Positions 37,003 through 46,721 of a DNA stretch of 64,000 nt are shown piece after piece (the first letter of the stretch is position 1; each line of letters starts with the position of its first letter). Source of the DNA: Polyangiales bacterium (lineage in GTDB: Bacteria; Myxococcota_A; Polyangia; Polyangiales; Ga0077539). The notes under the pieces are model-generated. The model saw nothing but the letters and a program-made list of their open reading frames with translations. It did not search any database and was not told the DNA's origin. Both the position numbers and the translations under genes were made by a program. Location of the stretch: the NCBI GenBank assembly GCA_044229975.1, contig JBGARZ010000007.1, forward strand, positions 256,001 through 320,000. The letters are read 5' to 3'.

Positions 37003-38475
37003 TCAGCGCCCTCCACGCAGCGGTCGCGGCACCAGCGCCCGCTCCAGCAGCGCGAAGAGAACCTGCGTGACGATCGCCAGCGCGGCGGCGGGCAACGCGC
37101 CCTCCATGATGGTCGGCGTCGAGTCCAGGCGGATGCCCCTCAGGATGGGCTGCCCGTAGCCTCCCGCGCCGACCATCGCGCCGAGCGTGGCGGTGCCGAC
37201 GTTGATGACGGCGGCGGTCTTCACGCCCGCGAGGATGGACGGCAGCGCGAGCGGCAGCTCCACCAGGCGCAGCCGCGCCCACGGTGGCAGACCGAGAGCC
37301 TCGGCGCTCTCGACGAGCGACGCGGGGATGCCGCGCAGGCCCGCGACGGTGTTCTGCACGATGGGGAGCAGCGAGTAGAGGAAGAGGGCCGCGACGGCGG
37401 GCGCCGCGCCGATGCCCAGCACCGGGATGAGCAGCACCAGCAGCGCCAACGACGGAACCGTCTGCAACACCCCCGCGACCCCGAGCACGGCGGCACCGAG
37501 GCGAGGGCGCTTCGCCGCGGCGACGCCCAACGGGACGGCGCACAACACCGCAGCGAACAGAGAGGCGAGAACGAGCGCGAGGTGCTCGCGGGTGCGGTCG
37601 GCGATGCGCGAGAGGCGGCCCTCGGCGGCGACGACGGTGCGCAGCCCGCGGTGCTCCTCCAGCCACGCGGCGGCGACTGCGCCTTCGGTGCGATGGCGTC
37701 GCTTCACCTGATCGTTGAGGTCGATCATCGCGGGGGCGTCGAGGCTGCCGCCGAGCGACTCCAGCGCCCGCGCGCACGACGGCGACCGACGCGCGAGGTC
37801 GGAGCGGTAGAGCAGCACCGCGGAGTACTCGGGGAAGTAACCGCGGTCGTCCGCGAGCACGCGCAGGTGGTGCCACGCGATCTCGGCGTCGGTGGTGTAG
37901 AGGTCGGTCACCTGGATGGCGCCCGACGCGAGGGCCCGGTAGGCGAGGTCGTGGTCCATGCCGCGCACCTCGTGTTGCGGGAGCTCGTAGCGGGCGCGCA
38001 GTCCGGGCCACCCGTCGGCGCGGTCGAGAAACTCGTGTGAGAGGCCCAGCACGAGGTCGGGCTGCCCGCGCAGGTCGCTGAGGGTGCGCAGTCCGCGCGC
38101 GGTCGCGAGCGACTCAGGGACGCCCAGCGCGTAGGTGTTGTTGAACCCGAGCGGGGCCGTCATGGAGACGCCCTCACGGGCGAGGGCGCGGCGCAGCCCC
38201 GTGAGGTCGCGCGCGTCGACGCCGCGGAGGAGCTCGGCGGCGAGCGTGCCGGTGTACTCGGGGTAGACGTCGATCTCGCCGGCGCGGAGGGCGCGCCAGA
38301 GGACGGCTGTTCCACCGAGCTGGCGGCGGTGCTCGGTGGTGGAGCCGGTGGCGGCGCAGGCGCGCGTGGCGACCTCGCCGAGGATGACGCCTTCGGTGAA
38401 GTTCTTGGAGCCGATGCGTACCGCGCGAGGGGCGCACCCGAGGGCCACGAAGAGGAGAAGGAGGAGGGGCCTCAC
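37003..38475 (-). CDS. Fused substrate-binding + permease subunit of a quaternary-amine (OpuBC/OsmF-like) ABC importer
   Basis: Lipobox-like LGC, IGSKNFTE, YPEYTGT, NNTYAL, YTTD, FPEY; permease QTVPSLALL, EAA-like ESAEALG, GAGGYG. Confidence 0.9.
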   Translation of the reverse strand: MRPLLLLLFVALGCAPRAVRIGSKNFTEGVILGEVATRACAATGSTTEHRRQLGGTAVLWRALRAGEIDVYPEYTGTLAAELLRGVDARDLTGLRRALAREGVSMTAPLGFNNTYALGVPESLATARGLRTLSDLRGQPDLVLGLSHEFLDRADGWPGLRARYELPQHEVRGMDHDLAYRALASGAIQVTDLYTTDAEIAWHHLRVLADDRGYFPEYSAVLLYRSDLARRSPSCARALESLGGSLDAPAMIDLNDQVKRRHRTEGAVAAAWLEEHRGLRTVVAAEGRLSRIADRTREHLALVLASLFAAVLCAVPLGVAAAKRPRLGAAVLGVAGVLQTVPSLALLVLLIPVLGIGAAPAVAALFLYSLLPIVQNTVAGLRGIPASLVESAEALGLPPWARLRLVELPLALPSILAGVKTAAVINVGTATLGAMVGAGGYGQPILRGIRLDSTPTIMEGALPAAALAIVTQVLFALLERALVPRPLRGGR

Positions 38476-39230
38476 GACGTCACCCCCGCGTCACTCTGCG
38501 CGCGGAAGAAGTCGCGCACGAAGGGGTCGGCCGGCGTGGACTCCAGCTCCGCGAAGGTCCCCTGCTGCACCACGCGGCCGTCGCGCAGCAGCACGATGGT
38601 GTCCCCGAAATGCCGCGCTTCGCGGAGATCGTGCGTGACCAGTACGACCGTCTTCGCCAGCGAGCGGAACGCGTCGCGCAGGTCGCGCTGCAACTCGGCG
38701 CGCACCATCGGGTCGAGCGCCCCGAGCGGTTCGTCGAGGAGCAGCACCTCCGGGTCGAGGACCAACGCCCGCATCAACGCCACACGCTGCCGCTGACCAC
38801 CCGAGAGCGCGTCGGGGTGGCGGTCGAGCAGCGCCGCGGGGAGGCGCGCCAGCGAGGCGAGCTCGGTCACGCGGGCGTCGAGGTCGGCGGTCGGTCGGCG
38901 CAGCCAGCGCGGGAGGAGCGTGACGTTGTCGCGGGCCGTGAGGTGGGGAAAGAGCCCGCCCTCCTGGATGACGTAACCGATGCGTCGACGGAGGGCCTCG
39001 ACGTTGGCGGGGGAGGGGGTCTCGCCGAGCACACGGAGGGCTCCGGCGGTCGGGGCGATGAGGCCGTTGATGAGGCGCAGCAGGGTGCTCTTGCCGCAGC
39101 CGCTCGGTCCGAGGAGCACCGTGGTGCGACCGGCGGGGATGTCGAGGTCGATGGGGCCGAGGGCGATCGCGTCGCCGTAGCGGCGGGTCACGCCGAGCAG
39201 GGACACCGCGGCTGGCGGGGCAGTGGGCAT
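38472..39230 (-). CDS. ABC ATP-binding protein (OpuA/OsmV-like)
   Basis: GPSGCGKST, LRRRIGYVIQEGGLFPH, LSGGQRQR, LLDEPLGALDP, VTHD. Confidence 0.93.
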   Translation of the reverse strand: MPTAPPAAVSLLGVTRRYGDAIALGPIDLDIPAGRTTVLLGPSGCGKSTLLRLINGLIAPTAGALRVLGETPSPANVEALRRRIGYVIQEGGLFPHLTARDNVTLLPRWLRRPTADLDARVTELASLARLPAALLDRHPDALSGGQRQRVALMRALVLDPEVLLLDEPLGALDPMVRAELQRDLRDAFRSLAKTVVLVTHDLREARHFGDTIVLLRDGRVVQQGTFAELESTPADPFVRDFFRAQSDAGVTS

Positions 39231-39298
39231 CGGGGCGCGCGATGGTCGCACGCATCCCGTCGCGGGGGTCGCGCGGCTCGCGTAGGCTCCGAGGCGCC

Positions 39299-39838
39299 AT
39301 GGGATTGTTGACGATCATCGGGCTGTTGGTGGTGGGCTTCAGCGTCGGCGTGTCCAGCGGGCTGCTGGGCATCGGCGGCGGGGTGCTGGTGATCCCGGCG
39401 CTGGTGATGGGCTTCGGCTTCTCGCAGCAGCGGGCCGTCGGGACGAGCCTCGCGATGCTGCTGCCGCCCATCGGCATCTTCGCGGTGCTGCGCTACGCGC
39501 GCGGCGGCCACGTCGACTGGGCCGCGGCGATGATCATGGCGGCGGCCTTCGCGGGCGGCGCCTTCGTGGGCGCGTGGGCCGTCACGCGGGGTTGGGTCTC
39601 CGAGCGCGCGCTGCGGACGGTGTTCGCGGCGTTTCTGCTCTACGTGGTAGGCAACCTGCTGTTTCGCGGGGAGAAGCGCGTCTGGTCGGCGCTGGTGACG
39701 CTGGGCCTCGGCGCGGCCTACGGGCTCGCGTACCTCGGTCTGCGCGCCGCGGGTCGGAAGTGGGAGCGCGAGACCAAGCTGTCGGCGATCTACGCCAAGC
39801 AGATCGAGGCGCCGGTGCCGATGGAGTACGAGATCTAG
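39299..39838 (+). CDS. Half-size TauE/SafE (sulfite exporter/TSUP) family protein
   Basis: SGLLGIGGGVLVIPAL, QQRAVGTSL, G.FVGA. Confidence 0.85.
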   Translation: MGLLTIIGLLVVGFSVGVSSGLLGIGGGVLVIPALVMGFGFSQQRAVGTSLAMLLPPIGIFAVLRYARGGHVDWAAAMIMAAAFAGGAFVGAWAVTRGWVSERALRTVFAAFLLYVVGNLLFRGEKRVWSALVTLGLGAAYGLAYLGLRAAGRKWERETKLSAIYAKQIEAPVPMEYEI

Positions 39839-40083
39839 CGACGGTCGCGCCCGAGGCGCTGGATGGCGTCCCTGATCGCCTCGTGGCGGGTGAGCGTCGG
39901 GGCGCGCTTCAGCTCGTGGCTGACGAGGCGCTCGGCCATCGCGTGATCGCCGCGCACCAGCCGCATGAGCCGCAGGAAGTCGTCGTCTTCTTTCGCTCTC
40001 GGCGACCCGAAGAAGACCCACCAGGCCACGACCGCGCCGGCGATCAGCAGCGCGATGAGCGTCAGCGTCGGGTTGTGTCTCAT
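39835..40083 (-). CDS. Small single-TM protein
   Basis: ATG 40083; N-terminal TM then L..LVRGD..MAERL...E..RAP...AI.RL.RDR helical motif. Confidence 0.65.
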   Translation of the reverse strand: MRHNPTLTLIALLIAGAVVAWWVFFGSPRAKEDDDFLRLMRLVRGDHAMAERLVSHELKRAPTLTRHEAIRDAIQRLGRDRR

Positions 40084-40195
40084 GACGCGAGCATCCGTCG
40101 TCGGTGGCGCCGCGCGCAATCCCCGATGCTGCACGTCTCGACCTGCGCCTGATGCATCGCCCGATGGGGCGGGCTATGGCTGTCGTGGCGCAACG

Positions 40196-40639
40196 ATGGC
40201 GACCCCGCGCGAGACGCAGCTCCCCCTGTTGACCGTCGACCCGCGCGAGCGCGGCCGCGGGTTGCTCGCCGTCTGTCGGTTGGTGGTCCGGTCGTTGGAG
40301 CGGGCGCGGCGGCTCTCCGACGACCGCCCGGAGCTGGCGCTCGCCACGCTCGAACGCTGGCTGGACCGGGACGACGGCCCCGCGGAGCTGCACGAGGCGA
40401 TGGAGCTGATGGTGCAGGCGACCTTCGACGATCGCGAGGCGGTGGCCGCGACGCGGTGCGTGCTGTGGGCGATGCGGGTCAACGTGATCCACCCGGCGCG
40501 CGCGAGCGACGTGGCGACGCGCGTGATCGACGGCGCAGTGGAGGTGCTGGTGGCGTTGGGCGAAGAGCCGGAGGCCGCGGCGGCGCAGGTCGACCTCGCG
40601 TACCGCGCGGGCGCGGACGGTCAGGCGTTGGACCAGTAG
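40196..40639 (+). CDS. Hypothetical helical protein
   Basis: ATG 40196; high GC3; convergent overlap with the GST gene. Confidence 0.6.
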   Translation: MATPRETQLPLLTVDPRERGRGLLAVCRLVVRSLERARRLSDDRPELALATLERWLDRDDGPAELHEAMELMVQATFDDREAVAATRCVLWAMRVNVIHPARASDVATRVIDGAVEVLVALGEEPEAAAAQVDLAYRAGADGQALDQ

Positions 40640-41340
40640 CGGGCGCGGCCCCGCTCGACGTAGGCCACGAGGTCGGGGAGCGCCTTCAGGCGGGCACGCA
40701 CCGCGTTGTCGAAGGGAGCATCGTGCAGCGAGTACAGGAAGGACCACACCGTCGCATCGACGGTGCGCGGCGCGTCGCCCAGCACCCATGGCCCCGACCC
40801 GATGAGCTCGTTGAGCGACTCGACGAGCTCGATGGCCAGCGCCTCGACCTCGGCGACGGAGTGACGCCCGGTCCCTTGACCCTTGAGGGACTTCTTCACC
40901 TGCCCGCGGACGAAGTTGCTGATGGTTCCGGCCAGGAAGGCGGGGGGACCGCCCGGTCCCGCGAAGAGCTGCTTGAGCGCCGGGGCCATCACCGTCCACC
41001 CGCGGTCGTCCTGCCAGCGCAGAAACAGCGTGGTGAAGTACATGTGCTCTTCGACCATCGACTGGATGGCGCGGCCGAGCGCGCGGTCGCGAGGGGAGAG
41101 CCCCGCGTCGAGGTCGCCGTGCTTCTTCGACAGGTGCCGGATGATGAAGGTCGTGTCGCCGAGCAGCGTTCCGTCGTCGTCGACGATGTAGGGGATCTTC
41201 CCCTTCGGCGCCTTGCGCGGGTCACCGGGCGCGAAGCGGTACTCGACGCCCGCCATGCGGCACCAGGTCGCGAGCTTCACCACGAAGGGGCTCAGGTCGA
41301 TCATGCCGAGGGCCGCGTTGAACTGGTGGATGGTGATCAT
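40621..41340 (-). CDS. Metaxin/FAX-like glutathione S-transferase
   Basis: SPFVVKL, APKGKIPYI, GDT, MVEEH.YF, GTGRHS, GDAP..VDA. Confidence 0.88.
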   Translation of the reverse strand: MITIHQFNAALGMIDLSPFVVKLATWCRMAGVEYRFAPGDPRKAPKGKIPYIVDDDGTLLGDTTFIIRHLSKKHGDLDAGLSPRDRALGRAIQSMVEEHMYFTTLFLRWQDDRGWTVMAPALKQLFAGPGGPPAFLAGTISNFVRGQVKKSLKGQGTGRHSVAEVEALAIELVESLNELIGSGPWVLGDAPRTVDATVWSFLYSLHDAPFDNAVRARLKALPDLVAYVERGRARYWSNA

Positions 41341-41415
41341 GGGGCGGACGGTCTCCCGCCCAACGCGGGTGACGCAAGATCCCTCTCTTCGGCGGTGTAG
41401 AGTCGCCGCCCGAAG

Positions 41416-42279
41416 ATGCCCCTCGAAGGTCGCGGCGAACACTACTCCCGTCTGCGCGGCGCCATCGAGTGGACGCTGGCCCACCTCTACCGCGGCGGCT
41501 GGTCGGCCCGTGTGGTCCGTCGGCTCGGGCTCCAGTCGCCGGTGCGCGTCGTCCGCCACCGTGTCGCCGTCGCGCGCTGGCCCGCCGGCCTCCGCCCGCT
41601 GCGCATCGCCTTCGCGTCCGACCTGCACGCGGGGCCGACGACGCACCCGTCGCTCCTCGACGAGGTCGTGCGCGCCATCGAGGACGCTTCTCCCGACGTG
41701 GTGCTGCTGGGCGGCGACTACGTGTTCATGGATGCCCGCGAGGTCGGCGCGCTCACCACGCGGCTCGCTCGACTCCGCGCGACGCCGCAGCGCTTCTGCG
41801 TGATGGGCAACCACGACCTCTGGGCCAACGACGCGCGCATCGCCGACGATCTCTCGGGCGCCGGGTTCGCGCTGCTGCGCAACGGCTCCGTCCATCTCGC
41901 GCCGCCCTTCGACCACGTCTCCATCTGCGGCCTCGACGAGCCCTGGACGGGCTCTCCCGACCCTCGCGCCACCTTCGCCGACGCCCGCGACGTTCGCGTG
42001 CTGCTGGTGCACGCGCCGTCGGGTCTGCTGCTCACGGGCGATGAGCGCTTCGACCTCGCGCTCTGCGGCCACACCCACGGCGGCCACATCGCGTTGCCCG
42101 GTGGTGTTCCCATCGTGTCGGTGGGGCCGCTCAGTCGACGGTACCCGCACGGTGAGCACCGCCTGCCCGACGGCGCGACGCTCATCGTGAGCCGCGGCGT
42201 CGGCGCGACCGAGAGCCCGCTGCGGCTCTTCGCCGACCCCGACGTGCGCGTCGTCGAACTGGGGCCGGAGTTCGCGTGA
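41416..42279 (+). CDS. Metallophosphoesterase (YkuE/YaeI-like)
   Basis: SDLH, GGDY, GNHD, LLVHAP, CGHTHGG, VSRGVG. Last codons lie inside the palindromic element. Confidence 0.9.
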   Translation: MPLEGRGEHYSRLRGAIEWTLAHLYRGGWSARVVRRLGLQSPVRVVRHRVAVARWPAGLRPLRIAFASDLHAGPTTHPSLLDEVVRAIEDASPDVVLLGGDYVFMDAREVGALTTRLARLRATPQRFCVMGNHDLWANDARIADDLSGAGFALLRNGSVHLAPPFDHVSICGLDEPWTGSPDPRATFADARDVRVLLVHAPSGLLLTGDERFDLALCGHTHGGHIALPGGVPIVSVGPLSRRYPHGEHRLPDGATLIVSRGVGATESPLRLFADPDVRVVELGPEFA

Positions 42280-42492
42280 CCCCAATGAGTCGAAGTGCAG
42301 TCGCTCACTCCGGGCTATTTCACGTGGTCACCTCGCTGCGCGAGGTTGCAGGAAGCCTCCGCCGACAATGAACGAGTCGATGGGTTGTTCGTTGAAACCA
42401 GTGCTGCAACCTCGCGCAGCGAGGTGACCACGTGAAATAGCCCGGAGTGAGCGACTGCACTTCGACTCATTGGGGTCACGCAAACTCCGGCC
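42263..42492. repeat. Long palindromic REPIN/MITE-like element, copy 2
   Basis: Arms 42263-42351 and 42404-42492 (89 bp, one mismatch) around a 52-nt loop; same orientation as copy 1. Confidence 0.92.
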
Positions 42493-42497
42493 ACAGC

Positions 42498-44411
42498 TCA
42501 CCGCTCCTCCACCGGCTCCGCCTGTCGCGTCGTCGGCGCCTCCGTTCGTACGCACCCGTACGATCCCAGCGCCGCCCACGGTGTCGCCGCGAGAAAGTCC
42601 GTCCGTTGCAGCCGTTGCGCCGCCTGTCGCAGCGCCGCTCGCAGCCTGCACCGGGCTCGTACGTCCATCGCCTCGGGCGGCTGAAACCCCACCGCCCCAC
42701 GCAGCCACGGGTCGACCAGCTCGCGCCCCTCGGTCACCCGGTACGCCACCACCGCGAGCGCCTCCACCGCCTCCACCGTCGGGTCGCCCAGCGCCGCGAT
42801 CACCTCCTGCGCGCGGTGCCCGTTGGCCGCCGCCGTGACCCGCGCCATCGCCTCGGCGCGCTCCCTGGCCGGGACATCCCTCGCGGGAACATAGTCCCCC
42901 AGCCGCCACCACTCGACCTGCGCCGCGAGCCGCGCGCCCGACGACGCCGTGTTGAGCTCCGCCGAGCGCCACGGGTTGTTGAGCTCGTCGAGGCCCACCC
43001 CGACACCCGGGAGGCGCGCGATGATGGGCCGCAGCGAGTGGTCGGTCGATGGCAGCCCTCGCATCGTCTCGGCCACCGACGCCCAGGTGTAGCCCTGCGG
43101 CCACGGCTGCCCCGCCGCGAAGCGCAGGTCGAGCGTGTCCACCGCGAGCGTCGCGCCCGCCGCCGCGAGCTGCCGGACGTTGCTGCGCAGGAGCGATGGC
43201 CGGCGCCACCACATCGGTCGCCAGGGTGGTCCGTAGGTGGTCGCCCGCAGCGCGATGCGGTGCTCGATCACCAGGCGGGCGAGGTCGCGCGACACGTCGT
43301 CGGGGCAGCCCACCGGGCCGCACGCAGCCACCGCGTCGCGCACGCAGCGCACCGTGTCGCGCAGGAGGAAGGGCAGCCGTGGGTCGGCCAGCGCGCCGCG
43401 CAGGATCGCCCCGTCGCGCGCGAGGCAGGAGAGGGTCACTCCGTCGGGTCGCGCCCGCGCGGTCTCCTCGCGAACGGCCTGCGAGAGCGGGTGTTCGTCG
43501 ATGCGCGTGCGGAGGTTGCAGCGGTCATCGGGCCACGGGTCGCGCCCGGTGCGACGGAGAAACTCCGCCGCGAGCGCGCAGTCCCCGGTGGCTTCGACGG
43601 CGTGGGCGATGCGGTCCATGGCTGGGGCGTCGATCCATGGGATGGGTCGTTCGGTGGGCCGTCCCGCGCGCAGGATGCGTTGCGCGCGACGATGATGGAG
43701 CGGGCTCACGTTGGCGAGCGCGAGGTGCGCGCGTTGGTACGGGGTCCAACGAACCTCCCAGCGGAGGCCGTGCGCCGTCATGGCGACGGGGCGCGCGACG
43801 GGCGCGATGCGACCGAGGGCGCGGTGTGCGGCCGCGACGACGCCCGCGAACAGCGCGACGACGACGACCGCGAGGGCGATGGACCAGCGGGCGTACGGGA
43901 CGTCTCGCACGACGCCCGGATCGAGCGCGGCCATGGGGATGGCGTCGCCGTCGGCGCGGAGCGACCAGTGACCTACGTCGGCGCGGGTCGCGTCGTCGGT
44001 CGTGGGCTCGTCCTCGTGGCAGTGGAGCACACCGCGCGCGCGCACCCGGACGCCGCGGGCGAGGGAGCGGCGGTCGGACGGTGCCCACGGTTCGACGCTG
44101 CCGAGGAGCAGTCGTCGCGGTCCGTCGAGGGTGACGCGTCGGCCGCCGACCATGATCCAGGCGGGGCCGTCGGGGGCTTCGTCGCGACCGTAGTGGCCGT
44201 CGAGGGTGACGACCGACCCGACGCCCGCGAAGGGGTCGCGCGCAGGATCACCGAGCGCCCGGAGCGCGACGTGAAACCGGGCGCGAAACCGGGCCCGCGA
44301 CGCGAGGTACATCGCCGCGAGGGAGACGCCGACGAGCAGGCCCAGCGCGATGAAGGTCAGCGGCGGTCCGACGCGCAACGCTAGAGCGACCAGGGCCCGC
44401 ACGCGCGGCAA
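42498..44411 (-). CDS. Hypothetical membrane protein
   Basis: Longest GC3-consistent ORF; two hydrophobic segments; start uncertain (TTG). Confidence 0.6.
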   Translation of the reverse strand: MPRVRALVALALRVGPPLTFIALGLLVGVSLAAMYLASRARFRARFHVALRALGDPARDPFAGVGSVVTLDGHYGRDEAPDGPAWIMVGGRRVTLDGPRRLLLGSVEPWAPSDRRSLARGVRVRARGVLHCHEDEPTTDDATRADVGHWSLRADGDAIPMAALDPGVVRDVPYARWSIALAVVVVALFAGVVAAAHRALGRIAPVARPVAMTAHGLRWEVRWTPYQRAHLALANVSPLHHRRAQRILRAGRPTERPIPWIDAPAMDRIAHAVEATGDCALAAEFLRRTGRDPWPDDRCNLRTRIDEHPLSQAVREETARARPDGVTLSCLARDGAILRGALADPRLPFLLRDTVRCVRDAVAACGPVGCPDDVSRDLARLVIEHRIALRATTYGPPWRPMWWRRPSLLRSNVRQLAAAGATLAVDTLDLRFAAGQPWPQGYTWASVAETMRGLPSTDHSLRPIIARLPGVGVGLDELNNPWRSAELNTASSGARLAAQVEWWRLGDYVPARDVPARERAEAMARVTAAANGHRAQEVIAALGDPTVEAVEALAVVAYRVTEGRELVDPWLRGAVGFQPPEAMDVRARCRLRAALRQAAQRLQRTDFLAATPWAALGSYGCVRTEAPTTRQAEPVEER

Positions 44412-44470
44412 GCTATCACCACGGCGGGGCCTCTCATGGCGCCCCGGGCGTGATAGCGTCGTTCGCCGTC

Positions 44471-45592
44471 ATGGGAACAACGCGCACACCCTCCCTGGGG
44501 TTTCTTGCGTCCGTGGTGCTGTTGTCTGCCTGCTCCCCTGACGGGGTGGAGGAGGTCTCCGTCGTCGCCGACGACGTCCCTGCCGCCGTCGATCGCGCCG
44601 CCGCCCCCGACGCCCCGACACCCTCCATCGACGTCGTCTCTTCGCGCGACGCCTCCGCGCCTCGCGACCTGCCGACCATCCTCGACGTCCCGTTTGCGAT
44701 CGATCGTCCGCCGACCATCGTCGACGTCCCACCGACCATCGTCGATGTCCCGCCGACCATCGTCGACACGGGCCCGCCCGACACCGGCTGCACGCTCCCG
44801 CCGCCCGCCGCGCGCCCGCCCGCCACGGGGCCCGACGGGTCGGCCATCGTCCGCGCCATCGCCGCCGAGCACCCCGACTGGCTGCGCGACTCGTGCGTCC
44901 CCATGGGCGGCAACTACCGCTTCCTCTTCGAGGCCGTGCGCCGCGGGCGCGCCGTCGATCCGCGCTGGGGCCTCGACCGTCGCACCGGCTCCCTCAGCGG
45001 CGACATCGTCACGTACTTCTACGGCGACGGGTGCCCGGAGGGACGCCGCGAGGTCTACATGTTCGACATCATCACCCGGCACTGCGCCATCGCCGGGGTG
45101 CACGAGCCCGCCGCGCCCGGTTGGATCGACCGCTCCTCCGAGGGCGGCGTCTGGACCCTCATGGGCTACGACGCCACGCCCCCGCCCGACGCCGGAACGC
45201 CCGTCGTCGATGTTCCACCCACGCGCCCGCCGCTGCCCAACGGCCGCCCCACGCTGGAGGAGGTCGCGCGCGATCACGCCGACTGGCTCCGCAACTCCTG
45301 CATCACCATGGGCGGCAACAACGACTTCCTCTTCGAGGTGGTGCGCCGCCTCCGTCGCATCGATCCCCGCTGGGGCCTCAACTGGAAGCGCGGCCGCGTC
45401 GGCGACATGTCCCAGGACGTCGTCTCGTACTACTTCGGCCCCGGCGCCCCGGTGGAGGGCAGCCTCGACGTCTACATCGTCGACGTCATCGCGGGCCACT
45501 GCGGCGCGACCCCTGGCACCACCTGGATCGACCAGACCGGCGTCGGCGGCGCCGAAGCCCGTTGGACCCTCGCGGGTCGCACCGACCTCTGA
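44471..45592 (+). CDS. Lipoprotein with Asp/Pro-rich linker and two tandem copies of an uncharacterised ~105-aa domain
   Basis: LLSAC lipobox; PTIVDVP 21-bp repeats; duplicated WLRxSC..MGGN..FLFE.VRR....DPRWGL...D.I..HC. Confidence 0.85.
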   Translation: MGTTRTPSLGFLASVVLLSACSPDGVEEVSVVADDVPAAVDRAAAPDAPTPSIDVVSSRDASAPRDLPTILDVPFAIDRPPTIVDVPPTIVDVPPTIVDTGPPDTGCTLPPPAARPPATGPDGSAIVRAIAAEHPDWLRDSCVPMGGNYRFLFEAVRRGRAVDPRWGLDRRTGSLSGDIVTYFYGDGCPEGRREVYMFDIITRHCAIAGVHEPAAPGWIDRSSEGGVWTLMGYDATPPPDAGTPVVDVPPTRPPLPNGRPTLEEVARDHADWLRNSCITMGGNNDFLFEVVRRLRRIDPRWGLNWKRGRVGDMSQDVVSYYFGPGAPVEGSLDVYIVDVIAGHCGATPGTTWIDQTGVGGAEARWTLAGRTDL

Positions 45593-45595
45593 CCA

Positions 45596-45766
45596 TCAGC
45601 CCCGCTCGCTGAGCATCTCGTCGATGGCCCGGCGCCGCGCCTCGCGCACTGCGACGGAGGCCCATCGCAGGAGCTCGGCGGGCATCCGCAGCACGACCTC
45701 GGTCGCGTCGTCGGTCGGCGCCTGGGGCGATGGATCGGTCGGTGGATCAACCGTGGCGAGGTGCAC
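45596..45766 (-). CDS. Possible 56-aa small protein
   Basis: Read manually: GTG-HLATVDPPTDPSPQAPTDDATEVVLRMPAELLRWASVAVREARRRAIDEMLSERG-TGA; fills the gap downstream of pirin. Confidence 0.4.
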   Translation of the reverse strand: MHLATVDPPTDPSPQAPTDDATEVVLRMPAELLRWASVAVREARRRAIDEMLSERG

Positions 45767-45839
45767 GGCCTCGCTCTACCAGCGACCCGCTCGCAGGCCG
45801 ATGACACGTCGATAGCAGCCGATATCAACCCGCTGGAAT

Positions 45840-46717
<878 letters not shown>

Positions 46718-46721
<4 letters not shown>

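Noticed and set aside
42328..42476. Peptide coding within the palindrome (…CSTGFNEQPIDSF…QPRAAR), open in both copies
   Set aside because: No start codon or RBS, and many loop differences are non-synonymous; openness is explained by GC content and symmetry.
33609..42492. Large palindromes as a CRISPR array or autonomous IS
   Set aside because: Only two dispersed copies, no repeat-spacer periodicity, no cas or transposase ORF, and no clear target-site duplication.
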